Virus record (IMG/VR): IMGVR_UViG_3300044680_000280
Location: 248,001-312,000 of that record
Strand: one strand, 5' to 3'
Length of the DNA: 64,000 bases
This document shows, one piece after another, positions 19,999 through 29,058 of this stretch. The number at the start of each line of letters is the position of its first letter. Position 1 is the first letter of the stretch. The translations under genes were made by a program, and so were the position numbers. The notes under the pieces are model-generated. The model did no database searches, had not been told where the DNA came from, and worked only from the letters and a program-made list of their open reading frames with translations.

Positions 19999-20604
19999 AT
20001 GTACCCGGATCAACTCGCACTCATCGACCTCGATAGTACGGTCGCGGATTATGATGCCGCCATGAAAGAGGAGATGCTGAAGCTCCAAGCACCGGAAGAA
20101 CCTCCGTACACGGGGCGTTACGAGAGTGACGCCGCCGAGCCCTCGTACATGGAAGCTCGTCGCAAGCTCATTCAACGCAAGCCCGGGTTTTGGCGGAACC
20201 TGAAGCCCCTCGAGCTCGGAATGGACCTTATCGAAGAGATTCGAACCGTCGGTTTCGAACTGCATGTGCTGACGAAGGGACCCAATAGCACCCCCGGGGC
20301 CTGGGGAGAAAAACTCGATTGGGTAAAGGAGCATCTCCCTGGGGTACCCGTGACGGTCACGTCTGACAAGAGCCTCGTCTACGGCCGCATTCTGGTCGAC
20401 GACTATCCACCGTACTTTCAAAAGTGGCTTCAAGTTCGACCGCGGGGGCTCGTCATCTGTGTGGCCCAACCCTGGAACACTGTCTACGGGGGGGACCCCA
20501 ATGTTTTTCGATACACTGGGGAATCAAACAATCGCGGGCTTCTTCGAAGCCTTCTCGATAGGGTGTTCAAGCGAAAGTCAGGAGAAACCTTTTACTCCGC
20601 CTGA
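19999..20604 (+). CDS. 5'(3')-deoxyribonucleotidase (NT5C-like HAD)
   Basis: IDLDSTVAD, W..K..WV..HL, LVDDYP. Confidence 0.8.
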   Translation: MYPDQLALIDLDSTVADYDAAMKEEMLKLQAPEEPPYTGRYESDAAEPSYMEARRKLIQRKPGFWRNLKPLELGMDLIEEIRTVGFELHVLTKGPNSTPGAWGEKLDWVKEHLPGVPVTVTSDKSLVYGRILVDDYPPYFQKWLQVRPRGLVICVAQPWNTVYGGDPNVFRYTGESNNRGLLRSLLDRVFKRKSGETFYSA

Positions 20605-20792
20605 TTGTTGCTAGGAGGCGGGGGTATCGTCTGAACCAGCTTACCGTTGGCGTCGACACGGATTGCCTTCATCTTGTCTACTGAGCCGGGCCGCTTGATG
20701 ATTGCGTGGAGTTTTTTGCAGATCTCCTCGGTCTCTTTGGACTCATCGACAAGTTCAAGAGCACTCTTCTGCTCTGCTTCCGTGACTGACAT
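20592..20792 (-). CDS. hypothetical protein
   Basis: ORF with AGTGAGGGG upstream. Confidence 0.55.
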   Translation of the reverse strand: MSVTEAEQKSALELVDESKETEEICKKLHAIIKRPGSVDKMKAIRVDANGKLVQTIPPPPSNNQAE

Positions 20793-20799
20793 CGTCCCC

Positions 20800-21504
20800 T
20801 CACTTCTTTTTCGGTGGGATAGGTGGGAACTTCGGAATGTTCAAGGGCGGCATTCTCCTCGGAGGATCGGGACGCGGCGGTCGTGGGGGAGGGGGCGTGG
20901 AAGGAGTATCCGGCATAGGGGTTGCGTTCGTTTCTGGATCGACGTAACCCATGGCAGCCATAACGCCTCGCAGGAAGGAGTTGGCGGACTTGAGACTCTC
21001 TCGAATACGACGTAGCTCCTCGGCGCGATCCTTCGAATCCTTGTCATACTCGTCTCGCATGATGACCCCTGGGATGTCAGGACTCGAGCGGCCGATTTCG
21101 TCGTGAAGACGTCTCTCCCTCTCATCGAGGTCATCTTCCAGCCTTTGGAGAGAACTCTTAAACGAGTTCATCCGTTGCTCGATGCGCTGTTCGAATTCGG
21201 ACCAATGCTCACCCGTCATCGACCCACGGTTGGCCGTTCGGGATACGATACGGATGAGCCAGTCGGGGGGAGCGTCCCTCCAGCTATCGACCTCATTCCT
21301 TAGCGCCCGAACACTCTTGGAGAGTGTGTCCAGGGTGTAAAAAACGCCCGTCGGGGGTTCGGTCTCAGCATCCCCAAGTAGCTTCTCAAGCTTGGAAATT
21401 CGCGTACGGATAGCCTGAAAAACCCCAAGAAACGTCGTTCCTGCGGCCGATCCGCCGGTGATGACTCCCGGAACCAGGCTTTGGAGTGCCGTAATGATAT
21501 CCAC
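20800..21504 (-). CDS. coiled-coil protein with hydrophobic N-terminus and Pro-rich tail
   Basis: Hydrophobic N-terminus, heptad region, PPPPRPPRP tail. Confidence 0.7.
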   Translation of the reverse strand: MDIITALQSLVPGVITGGSAAGTTFLGVFQAIRTRISKLEKLLGDAETEPPTGVFYTLDTLSKSVRALRNEVDSWRDAPPDWLIRIVSRTANRGSMTGEHWSEFEQRIEQRMNSFKSSLQRLEDDLDERERRLHDEIGRSSPDIPGVIMRDEYDKDSKDRAEELRRIRESLKSANSFLRGVMAAMGYVDPETNATPMPDTPSTPPPPRPPRPDPPRRMPPLNIPKFPPIPPKKK

Positions 21505-21526
21505 ACCTACGTGGATAAAAGAAGAC

Positions 21527-21670
21527 TTAATCGATCAGGGGACTATCCCACTGGTAGTACTCCGCGTCGAAGTCAGGACTTGCGGGATTCCCAGGATGTC
21601 CAGACGGCCCGGACGACCCTTTTTCGTCTGATTTTTCGTCCTTGTCGTCATTCTTTTCGTTGGGTCCCAT
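21527..21670 (-). CDS. small acidic protein (not in ORF track)
   Basis: GGAGA-N5-ATG; MGPNEKNDDKDEKS...EYYQWDSPLID. Confidence 0.45.
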   Translation of the reverse strand: MGPNEKNDDKDEKSDEKGSSGPSGHPGNPASPDFDAEYYQWDSPLID

Positions 21671-21679
21671 ACTGTTCTC

Positions 21680-22261
21680 CTACCGTGACTTGATGTAGTT
21701 CTTCCGTGGAATGTCCGCGAGTCTATTGACAATGTCCAAGTTGTTTGAACGCACGGCCGCCGACAGATTGACCGAGACCCTGCGGTAGTAGGGAGATTCG
21801 AGCCATTCTGCGTAGGGGGTGTTGCCTCGAGCCTTGTTGCACTTCCGGCACGACGCCAGAAGGTTGTCCGGGGTACTCGGTCCTCCCTCTTCCCAGCAGA
21901 TAATGTGGTCGACAGTAAGAGGAACGTCATCTTTCCCGCAGTAGCAGCACTTGTAGGAGTCCCTCTTGAAAACCCTCCAAGAGATGTTCGCCTCGATAGT
22001 ACGGGCGCTCTTTCGGAGAATTGCCTTCTTGATGGTTCCGTCCCCCTCCCTTGCCGTGACCTCGGTTTCGAGCGTGTCCAGTTGGGTCATGAGCTTCTGC
22101 CAGTCCTCAACTCCCATACTGAGGTTTTCTAGCTCTGCTGTAAGATCCCGCTCTTCCGGAAAGAGGGCCAAAAAGGCTCGTCCTTCCCCCGCGTAGACAA
22201 CACCTACCATACCCACGGTGTGCCCAAATTTCAGCAGGTCCAGTTGGGAAAGTTTCACCAT
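21680..22261 (-). CDS. HNH endonuclease
   Basis: RDSYKCCYCG...LTVDHII...GG...NLLASCRKCNKARG. Confidence 0.92.
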   Translation of the reverse strand: MVKLSQLDLLKFGHTVGMVGVVYAGEGRAFLALFPEERDLTAELENLSMGVEDWQKLMTQLDTLETEVTAREGDGTIKKAILRKSARTIEANISWRVFKRDSYKCCYCGKDDVPLTVDHIICWEEGGPSTPDNLLASCRKCNKARGNTPYAEWLESPYYRRVSVNLSAAVRSNNLDIVNRLADIPRKNYIKSR

Positions 22262-22307
22262 GTTCCCATTAATACACCAAGACTGGCGTCTCGGACCACC
22301 AAAATAG

Positions 22308-22418
22308 AGCGGCTGCCTCGAATCGAACGAGGGACCTCCGGACTAACTACTCCGGTGCTCTTCCATCGGCCCTACTTCCCTGGCGCCAGGCTTTCGAACC
22401 TCGCTGAGCTACAGCCGC
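22308..22418 (-). tRNA. atypical tRNA-like gene (45-nt D-loop, 8-nt anticodon loop, no encoded CCA); identity unassignable
   Basis: Acceptor GCGGCTG/CAGCCGC, D stem GCTC/GAGC, anticodon stem CCGGA/TCCGG, variable AGGTC, T arm CCTCG-TTCGATT-CGAGG; GGTGTA 12 nt upstream. Confidence 0.8.
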
Positions 22419-22464
22419 ACTCTTGACAATTACACCGGTTCTCTACTTGTGCCCTCACTCGAGT

Positions 22465-23250
22465 ATGACAACGACTCGCAAAGTTCAACGCTACGGATGG
22501 GTCCCCGACCTTCCGGACCATCGAGACCATCTCTACGCCGCTCCCAGCCCCGTGCTAGCGGCCCTTCCCCCGTCAGTCGACCTTCGCCCCAACTGCCCCG
22601 CCGTCTACGACCAAGGTCAATTGGGAAGCTGCACCGCTAATGCAATCGGTGCTGCGTTCGAGTTCGACCAGATCAAGGAAAAACTTCCTCATGTCTGGAG
22701 GCCATCGCGCCTGTTCATTTACTACAACGAGCGTTCCATCGAGGGCACCGTGTCGCAGGACGCAGGAGCTCAAATTCGAGACGGCATCAAAAGCGTTGCG
22801 TCCCAGGGCGCTTGCTCCGAAGACCTCTGGCCGTACGACATCACGAAGTTTGCGGATCAGCCACCGGCGGACACCTACACGAACGCCTCGAAGCATCTCG
22901 TGACGAGCTACCAGTCGGTTGCTCAGGACGCGCAACAGATCAAGGGCTGCCTCGCCTCGGGTTACCCCGTAGTTTTCGGCTTCACGGTCTACTCGGACTT
23001 CGAGTCTCAGCAGGTTGCATCGACCGGCGTCGTCAACATGCCGACCTCGAGTGAAACGGTCGTCGGTGGTCACGCGGTTCTCTGCGTTGGCTACGACGAC
23101 TCGACGAGCCAGTTCATCGTTCGCAATTCTTGGGGCAACGGGTGGGGTCTCAACGGGTACTTCCTCTTCCCGTACCAGTATCTCCTCAGTTCGAGCCTCG
23201 CGTCCGACCTGTGGACCGTTAGATTCGTACAGGGTACACCGAACTCGTAA
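22465..23250 (+). CDS. papain-family (C1A) cysteine protease
   Basis: YDQGQLGSCTANA (Gln/Cys), GGHAV (His), IVRNSWG (Asn); N-terminal YGWVPDLPDHRD. Confidence 0.95.
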   Translation: MTTTRKVQRYGWVPDLPDHRDHLYAAPSPVLAALPPSVDLRPNCPAVYDQGQLGSCTANAIGAAFEFDQIKEKLPHVWRPSRLFIYYNERSIEGTVSQDAGAQIRDGIKSVASQGACSEDLWPYDITKFADQPPADTYTNASKHLVTSYQSVAQDAQQIKGCLASGYPVVFGFTVYSDFESQQVASTGVVNMPTSSETVVGGHAVLCVGYDDSTSQFIVRNSWGNGWGLNGYFLFPYQYLLSSSLASDLWTVRFVQGTPNS

Positions 23251-23270
23251 TTCTCCTAAACGAGGACTGA

Positions 23271-23302
23271 GAAGGGGGGCGGGCGAAATACCGCCCCCCT
23301 TC
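23271..23302. terminator. perfect 12-bp hairpin between convergent genes
   Basis: GAAGGGGGGCGG-N8-CCGCCCCCCTTC. Confidence 0.65.
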
Positions 23303-23310
23303 TGTGTACC

Positions 23311-23886
23311 TTATGGTTGGGAATTCGATTCACCCATCGCGGGAACGATAACGGGGTGGGCCTGAATTGTAACGGCTGGGACTGCGACGCCCACTGCGGT
23401 CGGATACCTTCGGATTCGATAGATTTCGAGTTTGAAGTTTTCCGCTTGCTCATGAACCGTTCCCGGGCCTAAAGAGAAGCCCCATCGGCCGTCATCTTGA
23501 ATGCGGCCCCGAAGGTTCCGTCCGATGACCAACTTTGCCCTCTTGACGTCCTCAAAGCGGCAAATGACCTTGTCTCCGAAGACCGAGATGAACAGAACCC
23601 CTCCGAGGGTCTCCAGAATCCACGCTCCGAGCGGGTGAACGGGAGGCGTAGCCCCCAACTTTTGAAGGTGACTCTCGAGGATCATGCCGAGGTGGGCCGC
23701 ACGATTGATCTCTGCCTCGCTTTTCACGGGCGCCGGCGGGGCGTCCTGCTTTTTGATCGTGACGGACGATTTTCGTCTCGTTACGGGCACGGGGGTTGGG
23801 ACCAGCTTGATTCTGGCAACGCTGGCAACCTTTTTCTTGCCCGGTACGAACGAGTAGCCCATCTTTGTGCGCTCTTTGTCAGCCAT
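23311..23886 (-). CDS. hypothetical protein
   Basis: Long ORF with GAGAGG upstream. Confidence 0.65.
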   Translation of the reverse strand: MADKERTKMGYSFVPGKKKVASVARIKLVPTPVPVTRRKSSVTIKKQDAPPAPVKSEAEINRAAHLGMILESHLQKLGATPPVHPLGAWILETLGGVLFISVFGDKVICRFEDVKRAKLVIGRNLRGRIQDDGRWGFSLGPGTVHEQAENFKLEIYRIRRYPTAVGVAVPAVTIQAHPVIVPAMGESNSQP

Positions 23887-23981
23887 GGGAACCGCCTCTC
23901 GTCCTTTAGTACGGCAAAATCGCCTCGAAGTTCAATCTCATCCTTCAATTCTATGAGCGCCGCACCTACACGAAAAATAGG

Positions 23982-24010
23982 TTGAACCGTTCGAGGGCTT
24001 GCGCTGTACT
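23982..24010 (+). promoter_or_regulatory. class-2 promoter TTGAAC-N17-TGTACT
   Basis: Repeated bipartite motif upstream of gene at 24029. Confidence 0.7.
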
Positions 24011-24028
24011 CGGTCTAGGAGCAAGACG

Positions 24029-24436
24029 ATGCGAAATCACTTCCGGATTGGAAAAATGGCTGACCTCGAGACTCTTCTACCCGGGTTCAAAAAGGTTTGG
24101 CCGGAAATCAAGGCGCTCTGCGGAACGTCGCAACGTCACCCCAAGTTGGTCTGCTTCACCGACAAGCCCGAGCAGGTGTACCCCAACGACTACGACCAGG
24201 CCAGGCGCATCTCGTTGAACCTCGAGACCATGCAGGTCGAGGGCACCGTTCATATTTCCGCCGGCGAGTGGGCATGCCACGGGGGCAGCAACAACGACCG
24301 CGAAGTCACTGCGATTCCGACAACGCACGCTCTGCTCACCTGCACCTACAGCGACTACCACCGCACCTTTACGATGGTCGTTCAGGTCGCAAAACTTCCC
24401 GAGGCTCTTTCGCCTCCCGCTCAACAACAGGGTTGA
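24029..24436 (+). CDS. hypothetical protein
   Basis: AGGAG before ATG; class-2 promoter. Confidence 0.7.
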   Translation: MRNHFRIGKMADLETLLPGFKKVWPEIKALCGTSQRHPKLVCFTDKPEQVYPNDYDQARRISLNLETMQVEGTVHISAGEWACHGGSNNDREVTAIPTTHALLTCTYSDYHRTFTMVVQVAKLPEALSPPAQQQG

Positions 24437-24461
24437 ACCTTCTGCGGCGTCCCGTTGTACT
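24433..24461 (+). promoter_or_regulatory. class-2 promoter TTGAAC-N17-TGTACT
   Basis: 6 nt before ATG 24468; -35 overlaps the upstream stop. Confidence 0.75.
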
Positions 24462-24467
24462 AATCCC

Positions 24468-25286
24468 ATGAGCACGACTCGATACATCGGCAACTGCCAG
24501 ATCTGCGAAGGGGACCAGAAACTTCACAAGGGGAGTATGGTTCACCATGGGTACAGACGCCCTGGTAATGGGTCGATTCGAGGAGACTGTCCCGGTGTAG
24601 GATACGAGCCGTACGAAGTATCCTGCGAGCTCATAAAAATCTACAAGTCGAATCTAGAGGACTCGGTGCAGGAACACGAAGCCCACCTCGATGAGTTGCA
24701 GGAAGGTCGAGTTCAGGAGATCCGTAGGATGGAGCTCAAAAACCGCGTAGAGACCACCGTGATCTATGTTCGGGGACAAGTTCCTGACCGTGACTTCGAA
24801 CGAGTCCTTCGGGAGAGGATCAGAGAGGTTACGCACAGAATTCACTACCTCAAGCTCGAGATCGGACGGTACACCATTCGCATCGCCAACTGGAAACTCC
24901 TTCCTCTTCGCACCGTCGAAGAAGAGGAGGTCAAGGAAACCGTTTCTCGCGCCGTCCGAGCCGAGGAGGTGGCCAAGCGTCGCGAAGCCAAGCTCGCCAA
25001 GGAAGCCGCCACGCGGGCCAAGAAGGAAGCTCTCAAGGTCAAGCGGGCCGCCATCGAAGCCGAGTTCGCCAACGGCTTCCGTGCTATTGCGGCCAGCTCA
25101 GAGAGCCTTGAGGTTCGTAAGGCCGAGGCGATGAAGCTGGCGTACAAAATGGCTCTGAAGAAGTATGACTACATGGGCGCCCGTCAGCTTGAATGTGACG
25201 ACGTTCTCCTTCTTCTCGGCCTTGCCGTGTGCAAGGGAGACTGGATTGAATACAAATACCCCCTGAAGGGTGGACATCGAATCTGA
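24468..25286 (+). CDS. phage hypothetical protein with N-terminal CxxC...HHG...C motif and coiled coil
   Basis: GNCQICEG...VHHGYRRPG...GDCPG. Confidence 0.75.
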   Translation: MSTTRYIGNCQICEGDQKLHKGSMVHHGYRRPGNGSIRGDCPGVGYEPYEVSCELIKIYKSNLEDSVQEHEAHLDELQEGRVQEIRRMELKNRVETTVIYVRGQVPDRDFERVLRERIREVTHRIHYLKLEIGRYTIRIANWKLLPLRTVEEEEVKETVSRAVRAEEVAKRREAKLAKEAATRAKKEALKVKRAAIEAEFANGFRAIAASSESLEVRKAEAMKLAYKMALKKYDYMGARQLECDDVLLLLGLAVCKGDWIEYKYPLKGGHRI

Positions 25287-25368
25287 AACCCCGCATCAAG
25301 GACAATGACAATGGCCGGTTCAAAGGCGAAAGCAACGAAGGACATCGGACAACAGCAATAAACCGTGG

Positions 25369-25602
25369 GTGAGCAACTACCCGGCTCTCGAGGACTGGCT
25401 CGACACGATGGACGCCGTGTGCATGTACCAGGAGGTCTTCGGTAAGAACATGATCGAGATGTGGATGATCAAAGGGCGGCCGTTTATCGTGCTCGTACAT
25501 CCGAACGGTCTCGGGTGGAACATCTTCACCGACGGCTCGACGGGGGACGTCAAGGCCACTCTCGATGATGCTGAGAAACGCATCACGGCCACATACAAAT
25601 AG
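25369..25602 (+). CDS. hypothetical protein
   Basis: ORF in co-oriented cluster. Confidence 0.6.
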   Translation: MSNYPALEDWLDTMDAVCMYQEVFGKNMIEMWMIKGRPFIVLVHPNGLGWNIFTDGSTGDVKATLDDAEKRITATYK

Positions 25603-25603
25603 G

Positions 25604-25631
25604 TTGAACTCCACGGCTCCCGCTCTGTATT
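25604..25631 (+). promoter_or_regulatory. class-2 promoter TTGAAC-N16-TGTATT
   Basis: Same motif, before AGGAG and ATG 25649. Confidence 0.7.
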
Positions 25632-25648
25632 GACTTCAGGAGAAGCGA

Positions 25649-25936
25649 ATGCGGTACGAAGGCTACCACGACATCGGTGAGCTCCCCATCAAGGCGGGGG
25701 ACCGAGTTACCCTTCCGAAGGGAACGCTCGTGATGACCACCAACCCAAAGCACGATGGTATCCGGGTCCTGAAGCGAAAGTGCACCGTGACAGTGCATCA
25801 CGTGGGACACGGCTCGAACGCCTACGTAAACCGTGGCGAAAAAATCCCCGTCAGCAATCCAGAGGTGTTCTGGGCAGACACCAGCGGGTACTGGTGCCGT
25901 GTGGACATTAACACGGTGCTCGCTAAAAGTGCCTAA
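25649..25936 (+). CDS. hypothetical beta-rich (SH3-like) protein
   Basis: IKAGDRVTLPKGT pattern; AGGAG upstream. Confidence 0.65.
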   Translation: MRYEGYHDIGELPIKAGDRVTLPKGTLVMTTNPKHDGIRVLKRKCTVTVHHVGHGSNAYVNRGEKIPVSNPEVFWADTSGYWCRVDINTVLAKSA

Positions 25937-25968
25937 AGGTTCACCCCAAACCGACGTTCCATAAGGTC

Positions 25969-26244
25969 ATGGCAAAGAAAAGCGCTCGCGGTAGGACGGA
26001 ACTGGTCCACGTTGTTCACGCGTACGACGTTAACCTCAGCGAGACCACGCGGTCTCCCAGCACCGTCGTCTGGCGCCGCATCTCTCGGGCGCTCATGAGC
26101 GACGGTGTGATTCTCGAGAAGGTCGACATCCGGTTCGAGGATGGGCAGAAACACTCCTACGGCTGGAAGGTTAAGGACAAGTCGGAGCTCTCTCCGGCAG
26201 AGTTCACCGCGGACTACGTCGAACGAGGTTGGGAGGTCAAATAG
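25969..26244 (+). CDS. hypothetical protein
   Basis: ORF in cluster. Confidence 0.65.
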   Translation: MAKKSARGRTELVHVVHAYDVNLSETTRSPSTVVWRRISRALMSDGVILEKVDIRFEDGQKHSYGWKVKDKSELSPAEFTADYVERGWEVK

Positions 26245-26283
26245 TTCGGGGTGGGCTTCACCGCCCCGGTGTATTGAAGGGGT

Positions 26284-26883
26284 ATGACCCCTTCCAGATT
26301 CATCCGAAAATTTCTATTCGCAGGAATCGCAGCTCTGACCATGGCGAGCACCGCCATGGCTCAGGACGCGTACGTCTCCCCAACGGAGTACCACCCTGAC
26401 ATTTCGCAGCCCCCGTACGAGGCGCATCGATGGTTGGGCTTTCAGTTCGATCTCGGCCTCCCGAGCGGAACCGCTCTCGGTCTCGTCGTTCGCCCGAAGG
26501 TTGAATGGCTCCGGCTGAACCTCGCCGGAACGTACAACACCGCCTCTCCGGGAGCGCGAGTGGGACTGACCCTCGATCCCGTTCCGTTCGGCATCGCTCC
26601 TACACTCACGCTCGAGGGGGGCTTCGCGGGAACGGGCAGTCCGGTGTTCGTCGGGTCCAAAGTTCCAGCAGTCGGCTACGAGTACGTCAACTTTCATGCT
26701 GGACTCGAGTTCGGGAAACGAAACAAATGGCGTCTGTTCATTCACGCGGGACCGACCTACACCCACGTGACGACGTCCGATTTCAACAAGGCTGTCAACG
26801 TACAGAACCTTGTTCTCGCGAATCCGACCGCAAACCTCTGGGTCGTATCGACGGGTGACCTCGGTGTCACCGTGTACTTCTGA
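26284..26883 (+). CDS. secreted outer-membrane beta-barrel-like protein
   Basis: Signal peptide ending AMA; amphipathic strands; C-terminal VTVYF; GGTGTA 10 nt upstream. Confidence 0.7.
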   Translation: MTPSRFIRKFLFAGIAALTMASTAMAQDAYVSPTEYHPDISQPPYEAHRWLGFQFDLGLPSGTALGLVVRPKVEWLRLNLAGTYNTASPGARVGLTLDPVPFGIAPTLTLEGGFAGTGSPVFVGSKVPAVGYEYVNFHAGLEFGKRNKWRLFIHAGPTYTHVTTSDFNKAVNVQNLVLANPTANLWVVSTGDLGVTVYF

Positions 26884-26924
26884 GTCGGCCTCCAAACCAC
26901 CACCCCGAACTTCTGAGAACCACA

Positions 26925-27464
26925 ATGAAAATTCAATTCGCACTCCTCCTGTCCCTTCTCCCCGCATGCGGTGTGTACGGCTCGGTCGACGAGCCCCCCT
27001 CCTGTTTCAGCAGCACCATCGAGCCCGTAGGTGTCGAGGGCGGCCTTCCCATCTTCGATGGCGGCGCTCCGAGCGAAACGTTAACGCTTTCCGCCAACTT
27101 CGACTTCTCGGGCATTGCAAGTGCTTTGAAGGACGTCTCGAAGTCCCAGACGATTCGAGTCACCAGCATCACCCTTGAGACGCAAACGCTGTCCGAACCC
27201 ATGCGATGGCTTGAAGACGCCACGGCCACCGTCTCGAGCCAAGACGGCAACCAAGACGACCTTCTGGGCACGTATACGGCTCCGGTCGGTGGCGCCGGGT
27301 ACACGGCCGACTTCGCCGTCGACGCCAACACCCCCATCCAAACGCTCATCACGCATCCGGTGACCCTGGACCTTGCCATTACGGGCACGGCAGCCCCGCC
27401 AAACGAGGCTCTCAACGTGACCATGTGCGTCAGCTTCGACGGAACGATTTCGAAGAAGTTATGA
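26925..27464 (+). CDS. lipoprotein
   Basis: Lipobox LLPA-C. Confidence 0.7.
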   Translation: MKIQFALLLSLLPACGVYGSVDEPPSCFSSTIEPVGVEGGLPIFDGGAPSETLTLSANFDFSGIASALKDVSKSQTIRVTSITLETQTLSEPMRWLEDATATVSSQDGNQDDLLGTYTAPVGGAGYTADFAVDANTPIQTLITHPVTLDLAITGTAAPPNEALNVTMCVSFDGTISKKL

Positions 27465-27901
27465 AACCTGTCGACGGGCTCCCGAACTTCACCAAAGGAC
27501 TCTACCTGCTCGTTGGAAACAACGAGCAGGAGCTCTCCGAAGTACTTCTTGATCTGGTCAAGCGGGTCAATAAGGAGTACCTCTTGAATGGGCAGGGAGT
27601 TTATTTCAAACATTTCGTCGGCGATCGTATGAACCGTCAAGAGATCCTCGAATGGTCGACTCAGGTTCAAAACGAGGGTATGGGGCCCGACAACGATAAT
27701 TGGCCCGTCCTCGCATCTACAATGCATCCGTGGGTTGTTGACAGCCTGCGAATCGCCGAGGACGTCCAGGAGAGGCTCCTTTTTGTCCGTGACGGCAAAC
27801 TCATGCGACTCGACGAAGTGGAACTTCACGATTTCCTGAGGGATTATCGTGCGGGCATCTGTCACACGTCCGAAATCATGGTCTCCAACGGTTTATGGTG
27901 A
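27461..27901 (+). CDS. hypothetical protein
   Basis: ATGA overlap with upstream stop. Confidence 0.65.
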   Translation: MKPVDGLPNFTKGLYLLVGNNEQELSEVLLDLVKRVNKEYLLNGQGVYFKHFVGDRMNRQEILEWSTQVQNEGMGPDNDNWPVLASTMHPWVVDSLRIAEDVQERLLFVRDGKLMRLDEVELHDFLRDYRAGICHTSEIMVSNGLW

Positions 27902-27906
27902 GCTAA

Positions 27907-28386
27907 ATGACCACGGAAAGATACAAACGGTGCGAGCACTGCGGTGCTCATTACGTACATCAAAGCAGCGGCGGATGCACCCCGAAGTACAATCACGGCA
28001 AATGGTGCCACGACTGTTACAAAGTGGTGCAAGACGCTCTGACTGCCCAACCAAGGCAATACGAGTGCCGATATCAAAGTACTTCGGGACACCCTCGTCT
28101 ATCGTTGGTCACGGTAGACAAGCTCCTCGGATGGGAAATCCTAAACAGAGCAGAACAGAGCCTCCCCATCACCCGTATCTTTTCAGGCCTTTATGACCTG
28201 AAGTCCCAGGACTCTCAGAGCGTTCGAGAAATCCGAGGTCGGGACCAGTACAGTGGGATTTCCTTCAAACTCGCTGTCTGGAAAAACAACTCCGAGAAAC
28301 CGGAGATCGAAGCGGCCATGGAGTACGATATTCAACAGGGGTGTTTCACGGGGCGAGCTTGGAGCACCACCCCATGCATCCCCTAG
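27907..28386 (+). CDS. hypothetical protein with N-terminal zinc ribbon
   Basis: CEHCG...CHDC. Confidence 0.65.
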   Translation: MTTERYKRCEHCGAHYVHQSSGGCTPKYNHGKWCHDCYKVVQDALTAQPRQYECRYQSTSGHPRLSLVTVDKLLGWEILNRAEQSLPITRIFSGLYDLKSQDSQSVREIRGRDQYSGISFKLAVWKNNSEKPEIEAAMEYDIQQGCFTGRAWSTTPCIP

Positions 28387-28580
28387 GACATTACGTCCCA
28401 CTTGTGCCAGGTGTACAGAGTTCGGATGAGGACACCAAAAAATACCATGACCGTAAGGTGGAAGGAATCACTGTCCTCAAATTCACCGAACCATACTACC
28501 GCGAACATGATAGTCGTGAGAGCCGCCTCCAAATGGAAGCGAGCCTGGTAATCATCAGCGGTACGCCTTTTCGTTCTCAT
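28383..28580 (-). CDS. small membrane protein
   Basis: Two hydrophobic segments. Confidence 0.45.
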   Translation of the reverse strand: MRTKRRTADDYQARFHLEAALTTIMFAVVWFGEFEDSDSFHLTVMVFFGVLIRTLYTWHKWDVMS

Positions 28581-28657
28581 CTGTTCCTCTTTAAAGGGAA
28601 AACCCGGGCCGCTTTTGAGCCGTTCCCGGGTTACAGTCCTTGAGATAGGTAGGTTGG

Positions 28658-28987
28658 TCAGTTGACCGATTCTCTGATCTTGACGGAGTCCCCGACGTCG
28701 ACAGTGTGGGCCACACCGATTCGCGGTTCCGTCGGAAGGTCGTTGGAGACCTCTTGTGGCTCGACGTTGAAACGGAGGTTCGACCAGAGGTCATCGACGC
28801 TCTCCGGATACCGAACCGCTACGGTCACCTCGAGAAGATTCGGCGACGTCTTTCGCGTGGTGCCGATCATGTTGTCGAGCGTCTTCGTGAAGGCTTCGAT
28901 GATGGCAGCCCGTTTGCTCTGAAGTGTCGGTGCCTCGACCGGTTCCTCTTTGACCGCACCCGGCGTACCCGTTCTCGTCATACCCAT
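28658..28987 (-). CDS. hypothetical protein
   Basis: GGGAGA upstream; GGTGTA (minus strand) at 29028-29033. Confidence 0.6.
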   Translation of the reverse strand: MGMTRTGTPGAVKEEPVEAPTLQSKRAAIIEAFTKTLDNMIGTTRKTSPNLLEVTVAVRYPESVDDLWSNLRFNVEPQEVSNDLPTEPRIGVAHTVDVGDSVKIRESVN

Positions 28988-29058
28988 GGCTTTGATCTCC
29001 CTGTTTTCGTGTCGTATTCCCTATCAGTACACCGGGGCGACCGCGAAAAAATCAGAAA

